From NCBI GenBank assembly GCA_951406725.2, contig OX597823.1:53754001-53818000 (forward strand): DNA of 64,000 bases, given 5' to 3'. The translations under genes were made by a program, and so were the position numbers. Under the pieces are notes generated by a model. That model ran no database searches. It had not been told where the DNA came from and saw only the letters and a list, made by a program, of their open reading frames with translations. This DNA comes from Octopus vulgaris (Eukaryota). This document shows positions 38,790 through 52,199 of the stretch, piece after piece; within the stretch, counting starts at the first letter, position 1, and each line of letters starts with the position of its first letter.

Positions 38790-39903
38790 GAACACGAATT
38801 AGCACCTGAATGGAGTGAAAATTTAAAAACTGTTTCTTTCGGTGATTTTTCTGAAGAAACTGCACCAAGCCACAGACTTTCCCAGAAGAGTAAAGCCTTA
38901 GACTATTTCTATTTACTTTTTCGAATGAGCCCATTTAAAATCATTACGGCAGAAACGAAACGTTACGCTAAACGTAAACAAAACGAAAGAAACGATAGTT
39001 TGTTATTTCCCACAACCTTAAATGAAATTAAGGCCTATTTTGCCATAAATATTATTATGGGTATCAGAAAGTTACCCAGAATAACAAATTCTATCGTAAA
39101 ATTTTGTTGTATACCCAATTGAATATTAGCACCGTAAGTTACCCAGAATAACAAATTCTATCGTAAAATTTTGTTGTATACCCAATTGAATATTAGCTAA
39201 TAACCCATTTTCTATAGTGATGTTTGAACAAAATTTTAATAATTTTACAGAAAGTTACCCAGAATAACAAATTATATTGTAAAATTTTGTTGTATACCCA
39301 ATTGAATATTAGCACCGTAAGTTACCCAGAATAACAAATTCTATCGTAAAATTTTGTTGTATACCCAATTGAATATTAGCTAATAACCCATTTTCTATAG
39401 CGATGTTTGAACAAAATTTTAATAATTTTACAGAAAGTTACCCAGAATAACAAATTCTATCGTAAAATTTTGTTGTATACCCAATTGAATATTAGCTAAT
39501 AACCCATTTTCTATAGCGATGTTTGAACAACATTTTAATAATTTTACAGAAAGTTACCCAGAATAACAAATTCTATCATAAAATTTTGTTGTATACCCAA
39601 TTGAATATTAGCTAATAACCTATTTTCTATAGCGATGTTTGAACAAAATTTTAATAATTTTATATATTGTTGAATTTACCTGTATCTACCTGCAATTAGA
39701 GTCACTTTGTGACAAAAATTATAGTATAGAATTGGTTGAGGACATTTCATTAAATTATCTTCCAAAAATCACATTAATATATTGATAAATAAAAAAGTTA
39801 TAGTTGTTTAATGAAACCAGACTAAATTTATGATTACGTTAGAAATTAATTGAAACACATAAGGGGTGTATTTTGGTCAGAAATATAGTAACGAAAGGGT
39901 TAA
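38790..39903 (+). pseudogene. piggyBac (PGBD-like) transposase fragment plus right terminus
   Basis: In frame EWSENLK..FSEETAP..ALDYFYLLF..IITAETKRYA..TTLNEIKAYFAINIIMGIRKLPRI; terminus ..gtaacgaaAGGG followed by TTAA at 39900-39903. Confidence 0.8.
39069..39661 (+). repeat. Higher-order tandem array (67,116,67,116,116,~116 bp)
   Basis: 62-bp core aagttacccagaataacaaatt..gaatattagc starts at 39069, 39136, 39252, 39319, 39435 and 39551. Confidence 0.95.
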
Positions 39904-40412
39904 GAAAAGCCAAAAAATATTTTATTCTTTATAAATGTTGTATTCAAAATAACATTTTCTTTTAAGAATGCGTATATAACAAAGTATGTGTATATAACTA
40001 CGTGGCTTATATCTTTATATATAAGAGTGAAGTTGTGTGTCTGTCTCCTACGATTTAGATTCCTAACTACTCCCACATTTTTCGGTGCAGTGTAACCAAA
40101 ACCGGGTATCTTATAGTCGTGATTCATATCGAGCCCTTCTGGGTATTAGCGCGCGTCTACGATGAGTCTACGATTTAAAAAAATTTACCATCATATTTTT
40201 CCATTTTAATGCATTTTTTTCGCTATTATATAAGGGAAGTAACTCTCTAAAAATATCTACGATATGTCAACGATTTAAAAAGAAATTTACCTTAATTTTT
40301 TTTCAATTTTTAATGCATTTTTTTGCTATTTTTTGGCTATAACTCTCTAAAAATGCTTATATAGTTATTTCCCTTACAAACCCGAGCAACGCCGGGCGAT
40401 ACTGCTAGTATA

Positions 40413-40448
<36 letters not shown>

Positions 40449-40616
40449 TGTATGTATGTATGTATGTATGTATGTATGTATGTATGTATGTATGTATATA
40501 CATACACATACACACACATATATATTTATATATATAATATATACCAATATTGACATGTTGAGTCAGTTGCTGATTACCTGATCAATTATGATGTGATTCC
40601 TTTTGGGATCTAATTC

Positions 40617-40712
40617 TCACTCTGAGGAAGTATTTAATTCGCTATTTTCAAGATGCAATTTCTAATTTAATTTGTAGTTGAATGGATTAAGTATGGAAAC
40701 AATTGTAGGTGA
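40617..40712 (+). ncRNA. Type I hammerhead-like motif with a mismatch at the base of stem II
   Basis: Stem I tcact/ggtga; CTGAGGA at 40622-28; 11-bp stem II 40630-40/40684-94 (with G-U pairs); GAAA at 40696-99; helix III ACAATTGT; GTA triplet. Confidence 0.65.
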
Positions 40713-40801
40713 CAGTGAATTTTGACAATATGTTAATAAATTGAAGTTTATCCATTAAAACTCTCCATTTTCTCCTTACAATGTGTATGTATGTATGTGT
40801 G

Positions 40802-41064
<263 letters not shown>

Positions 41065-41066
<2 letters not shown>

Positions 41067-41580
41067 CAAAATAAGAAAATGGAGGAATAGATTTCTTTCA
41101 ATCATCAACTTCCAGATAATACCAATTCATATAATTTATTAACTAATTATTGAGATTAAATAGGAACATCCAAATCCAACAGAATAAGACAGAATAAGAC
41201 AATATTCATCAATAAGTAGGATAATACCATAAGAATAATACATATAAAATGGACTTATTGATGTATATTGTCTTATTCTGTCTTATTCTGTTGGATTTAG
41301 ATGTTCCTATTTAATCTAAATAATTAGTTAATAAATTATATGAATTGGTATTATCTGGAAGTTGATGATTGAAAGAAATCTATTCCTCCATTTTCTTATT
41401 TTGTATTATGAATTTGAGGTAAAACATTTTACCTTCACCCATATAATACAATGAATGAATTAATTGCATTGCAATTCTTAGCATTTATGTATTAGCCTTC
41501 TGGGTACTTTACTGACAGTATATTGGATAAATGATATCCCATAGTGGGTTACACTCATAACCCCTATCTCACTTTGTACT
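41065..41580. mobile_element. 153-bp inverted repeat plus tail, Penelope-like end
   Basis: 41065-41217 versus 41253-41405 (about 3 mismatches, 35-bp spacer); tail homologous to 2880-3060; lies in (TA)n. Confidence 0.75.
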
Positions 41581-41677
41581 TTTATATATATATATATATA
41601 TAAATTATACATATGTATATATGCATATATACATACATACACATACATACATATATATGTATATACACATGCATATA

Positions 41678-41950
41678 TGGATACAGGTCGTCAAAAAACG
41701 TAAACAACATGAAAAACGAGAACATGAAATACGAAAACATGGAAAAGGAACTCTTTTTGCGAACAATGAAAGAAACAAATAGAAAAACGAAGCAGGCAAC
41801 ATAAAGAATAATCCCTTCATCAGTTGCCCACTTTTATCTACTCCGAATGTCAAGCATTAGGACAAGATGTGTCTTCCTCAAAACAGTTGCTTCCGCAAAG
41901 CAAATTAAATAAAATTTGGGATTTGCAGAGCGTCAAAGCTGTTAACAATA
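41678..41950 (-). repeat. Dispersed repeat (also 46320-46575 + and 50196-50262 -)
   Basis: Shared ggacaaga.g.g.cttc..aaaca.t..ttccgcaaagcaaattaaa; each copy next to microsatellites. Confidence 0.75.
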
Positions 41951-42474
41951 ACAGGGCAGTGAAAACAAACGGTAAGGGGTGTTACGCTGTAGCGAGGTGA
42001 AGTGGTGAACGCTGGAGAAACAAGCTTTGACAGGAGACAGACAAAATTGCTTGCTATCCTTGTATCTGAACGAAAAGAAAGAAAAAAATTCGAGTTAGGA
42101 AAAGAAAGATGACCGCTGGTCACGTGTGAGCAACGAGAGAGTCAATAAGGAAGAGTGAAGGAGAGAGAGGGACAGATATATATATAAAGGAGAAATTATT
42201 ATATGCACAACGTTATGCATGCTCCCTACGTTCGTTTCACAACTGTGGTTGTTTGGAACTTCTACTTTGGACGGTAAGCCACAAAGGGTACATTTATCGG
42301 GGTGCATTTTATTACATACCTTCTGTTACAAAGATCAAATGTTTCAAGCTAGACAGATGACTTGACCATACATATATTCAAGCCTACATACTTATGAATA
42401 TATATTTATGCATATTGATGCATATATACACATACTTACATTCATAAGTACATTCACACAAACGTACATACATA

Positions 42475-42814
42475 TGTGAACAACTGCTTCGAAACCTCTA
42501 GTATCTATATCCAGTTTACAAATTTACATTTATTTATAGTTACTAATAATAAATAATGTACTTGGTTATCTGAGTAAATGCCTAACTGACAGTTTGGATA
42601 AACTAGAGCTTTCAGAAAAAATAATCAGCCATCTAACTCGTACATTACGAATACAGCATGTGAGTAGAACAGTAGAAATATGCGACACTTTTCTCAAATT
42701 TGGAATGTGGCATTGCTTTCGTTATCTACGTTCCAACGATGGAGCTTTGTACTTTTGTTAGAAACCAGTTCTTTCCTCAAAGGAAGAGTTTAGATAATTA
42801 AAAACAGAAGGGAA
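42475..42814 (+). mobile_element. (CATA)n-embedded RLE retrotransposon 3' end
   Basis: QLLRNL*YLYPVYKFTF..; 3' UTR highly similar to 28000-28234; ends aaaacagaagggaa then (CATA)n; CATA-like tract 5'. Confidence 0.82.
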
Positions 42815-43167
42815 CATACATGCATACATACATACATTCATACATGTATACATGCATGCATACATACATACATACATACATACATACATACATACATACA
42901 TACATACATACATACATACATACATACATACATACATACATACATACATACAGAGGAAATAGTACTCTTCACTCTAAGGATTAAATTTGTAAATTTTTAC
43001 AGGCTATATTGTTTTGATAAATAATTGTATCAATTCTTTGATAAAATAACTGTCATTAGAAAAAGATGCTATAATTTATGAGTATTTGTGTGTGTGTTTG
43101 TGTGTGTGTTCGTATGTGTGTTGTGTGTTGTGTGTGTGTGTTGTGTGTTGTGTGTGTGTGTGTGTGT

Positions 43168-43208
<41 letters not shown>

Positions 43209-44939
43209 TAGTAACTGGATGACAGAACTCAACACCAAAAAAACTTACATTTGCTCTTTGTATTATACAATTATTAAGAATTACCAATGCTTTGTTTCTT
43301 AAGTTTCGCCCTCAGTCCATGATTTGAATTCTCAGAGAAGACAAACCAGTATGGCTTTGACAATCTTCAGACAAATTCAAAATGACTGCTGTCATGTAAG
43401 TTCGTGGTTTTTTGGTGAAGTGCTACAACTCTTTTTATAGCTTTCAAATTATGCCCCTTAGATAGACAACCATATTTATGCAATAGAATATGGTTTGAAA
43501 CATGGACGCCTCTTATGTAATCCGTTATCTGTTGTACTGTATCGAAGAAATGCATTTCCAGGGTGTACTAGGTTTGTGGCAAATGCTTATATGAGTAAGT
43601 AATCTTAATTCATGGTGATCAACTGACAAAAGTTTGAAGTATTAGATATTCTTTTTTTTATGTGCGGTATTCTTTATACAACACACACACACACACACAT
43701 GAAATCTGAGAATCCGTATTTGTGTAAATGGAGAATGAAGTGATTGCCAGGTTAAAATCTAAACTGATGTGAGCAGTATTTTCCACTGACCGAACAAGTG
43801 TTTGTCAAAGTATGGGCACCTATTTAAAAAAAAAACGATCCTGTATTTATGTAGTTAATTTTATTGTTATTATTTATTTACCCAATACGTGTGCTTTCTC
43901 TACTGTGCAAAGCTAACATTTTTAACTTCGTCCACTTGATGCTAGTAACTTTTGTTTTAATATGTGATGCAATATCTGCATTGTTGAAAACTGATTGTTT
44001 TAGAACAAGATTATTCCTTCGAAAGAGGGAGCTAAATATGTTGGTACTAGTACGCATTCTGATAAATTCTTAGTAAAAAAATCCACTTTACATACTGTTT
44101 GATTTTTTTCTTTTTTTTCTTTTCTTATATGAGAATAAAATGCAACAGAAATAAGTTGTATTTAAAAATAATTTTGATCTAAAAATTTTCTTACATCAGT
44201 TTCCTTTCATATTTATATATTGTAATACGTACGCTGCGTCTATTAATTATTTTCGCGAGTTTCCTTTATTTTTTTAGTGTAGTAGTGTTTATAATGATAC
44301 TTCTACAATAGATATTTACATTTAAAAATATATTGTTGTATTTCGGGATGGTCATTTTTGCTTTTGCCAAACGAATTTTAAAATATATATTTTCATTATA
44401 AACTTTCTAACCGTGAGAATAAGCTTGCTCACTAAAGATCTTACGCTTAAATTTATAGGTATCACGCTCATTTTTCAATTATCATTTGAAGATTGACAAC
44501 AAAAAGTTTGAAGTAACGTTTTAGGAAGTTTGAGGTTGCAGTGAATTATACACGATATAGTGTAACGTGTACTTTTTCTCTAGCTCGTTTACTTACGCAG
44601 TTATACGCCCAACAAGAACTCGTCATAAAGATAACGATTAGGTTCACGCCTTCTTTCTTCCATAATGCTAAATCCGTCATTGATAAGGTAAATTCTTAAG
44701 TAAGCTCATAAACATTTTCCTCCCACACACAGGTATAGAAAGCTTCTCGATAGGCACGCACTGAAGATCTCCAGTTGCACGCGCAACATGAAGAGTAACC
44801 TTTCGCATCTTGCAACCTCTGTCACGGAAGCTACTTGCTCTTGTAGAGACACTACGTGCATGATCCGTTGTCACTGCAAGATAGAGGTCATTTTGTCATA
44901 AGGCTGAGATCAAGCCTGGAGGGTTGAACGATGCTTTTA

Positions 44940-45240
44940 GCATGAAATGTTATATCAGATTAGCAAGGACATCTTCAAGAAAAGCCTACACAGCCGCACC
45001 ATTTCCTTTGGGAGCTTCGAGAAGTGGAACATCACTACACTGAACAAGAACATATAGTGGTTGAAGACAAGCTTGCAAGCTATGACATCAAATAGAGGCT
45101 TTTAGGAAAATGCAAACCTTAGTCTAGCTGCAACAGATGATGTGGATTGCATTTAGGAGAATCGTTTACACCTGGTTTAAACGAGAGGAAGTAAATTCTA
45201 AAACACTGGTTCAAGCTGCAATAAGGGTGTTAACACCAGT
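44940..45240 (+). pseudogene. Possible LINE APE-endonuclease N-terminal relic
   Basis: ISFGS..WNITTL..YDI..(Q)E pattern with frameshifts. Confidence 0.35.
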
Positions 45241-45676
45241 GTCTCCTCCCGCTACACTGCTTCGGGGTCGACGCTCCGTTCAGTCATTCATCCATTTATT
45301 TCTGTCTCCAGTTTTTATTCCATCCTTACTCCATCACTCTTTCTCCCACAGTCTCTCCCTTAATCTCTCTCTCTCTCTTTCTCTTTCTCTCACTCTCTTT
45401 TCTCTCTTCTTCGCCCTCTCTCTCTCTCTCTTTCCTCTCGCTCTTTCTCTCTCTATTTATCTATCTGTGTATATATCTAAACATACTTTTCCAACAGATT
45501 TTTTCCGTCCATTTCTTCGTTCTGTCTTCTGATGTGTTTGTTCAAACTGACCATTCCCTACGGAAATAACCCTACGATTTTTTTATATTTTGAATTACCA
45601 TATGAATTACCATTTGAATTACAATATGAACCCTAAATTCAGAAATTTTAGATAGACAGACAGACAGGCCGGCCGG

Positions 45677-45715
<39 letters not shown>

Positions 45716-45769
45716 GCACGCAGGCAGGCAGACAGAAAGACATACATACAGGCAGATAGACAGACAAAC

Positions 45770-45855
<86 letters not shown>

Positions 45856-46684
45856 AACTTACATGGAAGTGGATGCGTAGCGAACGCCATGCATCCTTTT
45901 CCAAGTAAGTTTTATCTTAATAATTATGATGCGCACTCTTCAACTTTTCTATTTCTCCTCTGTCTATCTCTCTCCCTCTCTTGTTCTTCATCCTTTCTGG
46001 TTTTCTCTCCCACCCTTCCCTATTCTTCTCCTCTCTGCTTCACCGTTCCCTCTCTCTTACTCCTCCTCCTCCTCCTCCTCCTCGATTCTCTCGTTACTGA
46101 TCAGAGTGAAGCCATCTTTCCAAATGCTATCTTCCCCAAGAACAGACCGCTTATCCTGTCTCTCTCATAAGCTGTCTCAAGCGTTCAGAATAATTTTTCC
46201 ATCGTCTTTACTTAACAACCCTCATCGTTTGTTTTTACTGTGTTATTCTCTTTGTTCCGTCTTTTACTGTTTCTACTGTCTTGTTTTGTTCTTGCTGTCC
46301 TGTTCTTGTTACCATTTTTACCCCTTCGCAAAAAATCCCAAATTTTATTTAATTTGCTTTGCGGAAAGGACTGTTTCAACGAAGTCGCGTCTTGTCCTTA
46401 CCTCCGAAACGCGGAGTAGACGAAACAGGGACAACTGAAGAAGGGGAATATTCCTGTGTTGTATGTCTTGTACTCTGTTTTTTCGTTGTTTGAAAAAAAG
46501 TTCGTTTCCATGTTTTTGTTTGTGTGTTTTCGTTTTTCATTGTGTTCAACGTTTTTTTTAATGTCCTGTACCCATATATGCATGTATATATACATATAGA
46601 TGTATGTACATATATGTATGTATATATGCATATATTTATATATTATTTATATTATATGATCGAACGCCATGCATCCTTTTCCTA

Positions 46685-46772
<88 letters not shown>

Positions 46773-46783
46773 GAGATAGAGAG

Positions 46784-46837
<54 letters not shown>

Positions 46838-46933
46838 GCAGGTAGGCAGGCAGACAGGCAGACAATAGACATATAGATAGACAAATAAATAGATAAGCGG
46901 ATAAAAATATATTAGGTAGACAGACAGACAGAC

Positions 46934-46996
<63 letters not shown>

Positions 46997-47290
46997 CACA
47001 CACACATAGTTAATTAGCTAGGTACAGGGTGCATGAGTGAGTGACTTAGAGAGAGAGAGAGAGAGAGAGTAGGAAACTACATTGCGTAAGTATATCTTAA
47101 TCTCTAGCAACAAATTGAAAGAGAGAGAAATAGAGAGAGTGAGAGAGAGGAGGGAGGAAAATTTCATAACGTTCATTGTGCTTAATAATCTGTCACAGAA
47201 TTGATTACATCACAGATACACACACACACACACAACTCTCCACATAAACACGCACGCACGCACACAACTCCCCACAAAAACAAATACTTG

Positions 47291-47335
<45 letters not shown>

Positions 47336-48088
47336 GGTACTTGTATCGCAGAGTGGTCCCGGTTGCGCACACGCGGATTCGCGCGTGCGCGCTAGCCGGA
47401 CGTAGGTACTCGATACTCGAGATCCTACGAGGTGACTTGCGCATGCTCTGTGCGCGATTCGCGCATGCGCGTTACAACCCCCACCCCTATAATTTGTGAA
47501 ACTTAATGAATTAATTTCTTCACACAAATGTATATAATTTTCGGGGGAAAATTACAGAGTAACACCCGCACGATTTTCACTAAAAAAAAAAACAAACAAA
47601 AAATGGATTTTTTAGATACCTTTCTGCTTTTTAAGGTGTTATTGGCTGCTACTTCTAACTGCCTGAGTGACAACATATATATACACACATACACACACAC
47701 ACACGTAACAAAAACAAACACATGCGACTACAATATTACACACATACACGCAGAAAATAAACATAGGTCGGATCTCCTCAACTTCCTCGCAGTTTAAAAA
47801 TCTGGCTCCTGTTACAAGACCGTTCTGAGTAACATATATATACACATAGCGAGTGTGTCGTGGATTAAGTGAGTCACAGGTGTTTACATCAACGGAAAAC
47901 ATGGGCTAAATATCGATCGATATAATTGTTTAATCATCTAAGGCACCTTCGCTAATTAAAATCTTTCACATATTGCACACTGTTGTTCCGTGTTAGCCTA
48001 CAAATTAACGTACAGATCAATAAGTGTTAGAGCTGACGACATGTTATTTTTCTTTCGATATGCTAAAGCAATACTATTGAAAAGATGC

Positions 48089-48208
<120 letters not shown>

Positions 48209-48243
48209 CAGCAACAACAACAACAATAATAATAATAATAAAT

Positions 48244-48791
48244 GCCCTGATGCAGTACCAGGCAGTGGGTCTCGTGGCCTCTGGTCTTAACTGATTGGAA
48301 GTGTTATCGTGAACATTGTTTTGTCTTGGTATAAAAGATGGGCTACAGCAAATATTCTGTTCAATACCACAGATTTGCTTGTCAGTTGTTTGACCTTAAC
48401 CAGTTGAGCATGTCTCTTAGTGGCTGACGATATGTGCATATCTGATCACGAGCAGAAGTGGTGGAGGAGCATCACAGCCGTGTGTTGAGAGGGATTCTTT
48501 GGGGTTTGAATAATTCACCTCTGGAAACAGCCTTAACAACATCCTTAAACAACCCTTATTCAGGGACCTTTTGAGCGGGATGGGTTACTCGACCGGAAGA
48601 AAATTCTAACTGGGCCCCACCTGCAAGGTCATGTGCTGTTTACCTTGATATGAGATCACCATGTCACGCACACATGGTTGTGATGCATGTGCCTAGTGTA
48701 CCCTTATCAGACGAGTAGTCATGATGGGTATACTGGGCTTCGTATATTTTACCCCAGTGTCACTTTGATGGTATGTACAGATCTCTCACTC
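48244..48791 (+). mobile_element. ~550-bp non-coding element flanked by (TAA)n
   Basis: Starts gccctgatgcagtaccaggcagtg after AAT repeats; ends ctctcactc then (AAT)n. Confidence 0.87.
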
Positions 48792-48850
<59 letters not shown>

Positions 48851-48851
48851 G

Positions 48852-49292
48852 CCTTTCTGCTGTAGGTACAAGGCCTGGAATTTTGGGGTTGGGGATTAGT
48901 CGATTTAATCAGTGTTTCACTGGTACTTAATTTATTGACCCCGAAAGGATAAAAGGCAAAGTCGACCTTGGCGGAATTTGAACTCAGACCATAGCGACAA
49001 ACGAAATACCTATTTCTTTACTACCCACAAGGAGCTAAACACAGAGAGGACAAACAAGGACTGACAAACGGATTAAGTCGATTATATCGACCCCAGCGCG
49101 TAACTGGTACTTATTTAATCGACCCCGAAAGGATGAAAAGCAAAGTCAACCTCGGCGGAATTTGAACTCAGAACGTAGCGGCAGACGAAATACTGCAAAG
49201 CATTGCCGCCCTGCATGCTAACGTTTCTGCCAGCTGACAAACGAAATATCGTTAAGCATTTCGTCTGGTGTGCTAACGATTCTGCCAGCTCG
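48852..49292 (-). mobile_element. Dimeric family A SINE plus an extra head
   Basis: Two core units and two head segments; another decayed copy at 49700-49920. Confidence 0.85.
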
Positions 49293-49300
49293 CTAATAAC

Positions 49301-49389
<89 letters not shown>

Positions 49390-49390
<1 letters not shown>

Positions 49391-49665
49391 CTCTCCCGTC
49401 GAAGACGACGTATGAGAGTTCAGCTTTTGCCGAACGGCCTGCCCAAATGATTTGTTTTATAGTGGTCAAATGTTCGTGCCGCATATTAGCTCACTCTCTA
49501 AACAGGTGCGCGGTGTATCACGCGTCAGGTGTCGAAGTGATCGTAGAGCAACGTGAGCTGAATTGCTTTACTCAAGAATACAACGTACCTCCCGGTCTAG
49601 GAATTGAAATCACGATCTCGCGATCGTGAGTGTAACATCCTAATTACTAGGCCATGCACCCTCTA
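49390..49665 (-). mobile_element. Decayed family D SINE with a third tail type
   Basis: V-like gagcaacgtga..ctcaagaatacaacg; tail ccgtcgaagacgacg resembles 53420-53500. Confidence 0.65.
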
Positions 49666-50131
49666 AATGATGATGATGATGATAATGATGATAATAATAA
49701 TCTTTTCTCATATAGGCATAAGGCCTGAAATTTTTAGGAATGGGTATTTGTCAATTACCAGTTGATCACCCTAGTGATCAACTGGTATTTATTTTATCGA
49801 CCTTGGATGGCTGAAAGGAAGAGTCGACCCCGGCAGCATTTGAACTCAGAACGTATTGACGGAAAAATACCGCTAAGCGTTTTTCTAACTCCGTAACGAT
49901 TCTGTTAGCTGGTCGCCTTTCCTTGGGTTAATATTGAAATTTTCACTCCTTCACTGCATGTTCGAAATTCAAAAATCAGTTCATTAAATTTTCAGAGTTA
50001 TCCCCCAGTTGTCATGACCTAATTTGATAAACCTTATTCATTCAGCCTATGTTCTTCTTTCTTCATCGCGAAGAAAGAAATTGATATTGATTCTCTCACT
50101 GCCTTTGCGTAAACAGTATGCACAATGCACA

Positions 50132-50194
<63 letters not shown>

Positions 50195-50312
50195 CCAAGA
50201 AGGCAAGGACAAGACGCGACTTCGTTGAAACAATCCTTCCCGCAAAGCAAATTAAAAATAAAATATATACATACACACACACAAATATAGATACACGGAC
50301 GGACAGACAGAC

Positions 50313-50416
<104 letters not shown>

Positions 50417-50543
50417 GAGTTAGCTGATGTGCATCGTACACTTGATTGATTGATTTTGATTTTTCCAGTTTCAGCTAATGAGCTGTGGCCATGCTGGGGC
50501 ACCAACACAAAAGTTTTAAAATGGAATGGTATATCATTTTTCT

Positions 50544-50624
50544 ACCTCTGATTAGATTCAACTTTATAATGATTTAATTACCTTAATTAATTAATGAAGT
50601 CTGAATCGAAACAGCTGTCAGAGA
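50544..50624 (+). ncRNA. Degenerate type I hammerhead (core G8>U)
   Basis: CTGATTA at 50548-54; stem II GATTCA/TGAATC; GAAA at 50608-11; helix III ACAGCTGT; GTC at 50617-19; weak stem I. Confidence 0.55.
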
Positions 50625-50859
50625 TTATATCTATTTTTGTAATCAATAAATATAATTATTAATTGATTTACCTCTATTTTCTTACTTTTCTGAAATAAAT
50701 ATAAACCTCGGTTTTATTTAATTACCTATTTTTTAATATTAAATCTAATATTCAAAATAATTAATAGGTAAGAAACCAGTAAATTCATTGGATATTATTA
50801 CCCCTTAATTAGGCTCATTTAACCTCTAATTGTATTTATATATATTCATATATACATAA

Positions 50860-50920
<61 letters not shown>

Positions 50921-50922
<2 letters not shown>

Positions 50923-51315
50923 CAGGAGTGGCTGTGTGGTAAGTAGCTTGCTAACCAACCACATGGTTCCCGGTTCAGTCCCACTGCGTGGCATCTTGGG
51001 CAAGTGTCTTCTGCTATAGCCCCGGGCCGACCAATGCCTTGTGAGTGGATTTGGTAGACGGAAACTGAAAGAAGGTTGTCGTATATATGTATATATATGT
51101 GTGTGTGTTGTGTGTGTGGGGGGGGTTGTGTGTCTGTGTTTGTCCGATGCTAGTGTGTTTATGTCCCCGTTACTTAGCGGTTCGGCAAAATAGACCGATA
51201 GAATAAGTACTGGGCTTACAAAGAATTAGTCCCGGGGTCGATTTGATCGACTAAAGGCGGTGCTCCAGCATGGCCGCAGTCAAATGACTGAAACAAGTAA
51301 AAGAGTAAAAGAGTA
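50921..51315 (+). mobile_element. Family B SINE
   Basis: Near-consensus head, core and (AAAAGAGT) tail. Confidence 0.92.
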
Positions 51316-51352
51316 TGCTGTATGTCTACTTTTTTCCTTTTCCCTTTGTCTC

Positions 51353-51418
<66 letters not shown>

Positions 51419-51799
51419 TTTTACCAAGAGTTTCTTCTGGGTAATTGCCGTTCAGTGTAAATATGTAATCCTTCGTTCACACTATAAAAATGGAAGCCAG
51501 ATTTTCAAATTGTGTCACGCCCTACTCGTATAAAGAAAATATACGACAGCACATTAGATAATGCAGGCCGTGTATGTGTGTGTATGCGCGCACGCATGCG
51601 TGTGTTTGTGTGTAAGTGAGTGTACGCGCGCATATGTGTGTGTGCGAGCGTGCGTTTGTGTATGCGTGCATGCATGTGTGGGTATGAGTGTATGTGTGTG
51701 AGTGTGTGTGTAAAAAAAAGGAGCAGCTTTCTTTTTAAATGTGTTTTGCTAAGACACGACTAAGTTCAAGTTTGATCTTATTTATTATTTTCTTTTATC

Positions 51800-51999
51800 C
51801 ATTTACTTGCCGCAGTCATTTGATTACGGCCATGCTGGAAACACCGCCTTTAATCGAGCAAATCGACCCCAGGACTTATTCTTTGTAAGCCTAGTACTTA
51901 TTCTAACGGTCTATTTTGCCGAACCGCTAAGTTACGGGGACGTATACACACCAACATCAGTTGTCAAGCGATGGTGGGGGGACAAACACAGACACACAG

Positions 52000-52030
<31 letters not shown>

Positions 52031-52199
52031 CACACACAACGGATTTCTCTCAATTTCCGTCTACCAAATCCACTCGCAAAGCTTTGGTCGTCCCGAGGCT
52101 ATAGTATGAGACACTTGCCCAAGGTACCACACAGTGGGACTGAACCCGGAGCCATGTGGTTGGGAAGGAAGCTTCTTACCCCACATCCACTCCTGCGCC
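51800..52199 (-). mobile_element. Family B SINE
   Basis: Head, core, CA/TA tract and 3' half. Confidence 0.9.

Larger units (their letters stand above)
38442..40408 (+). mobile_element. Compound non-autonomous Helitron
   Basis: Outer a|TCTCTTATTATAAAAG 5' end at 38442, inner a|TCTTTATATATAAG 5' end at 40012, 3' hairpin cccgagcaacgccggg and CTAG|t at 40405-40408; 40012-40408 matches the 59234 and 61008 copies; the outer 5' end is less certain. Confidence 0.7.

Noticed and set aside
39069-39661. Repeat-spacer pattern superficially like a CRISPR array
   Set aside because: The spacers are themselves repeated, the core is 62 bp, there are no cas genes, the context is eukaryotic, and the array derives from piggyBac sequence
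46370-46450. GAAA followed by CTGAAGA (possible type II hammerhead; similar order at ~8730 and ~41820)
   Set aside because: Could not build consistent stems I and III or an NUH site across copies
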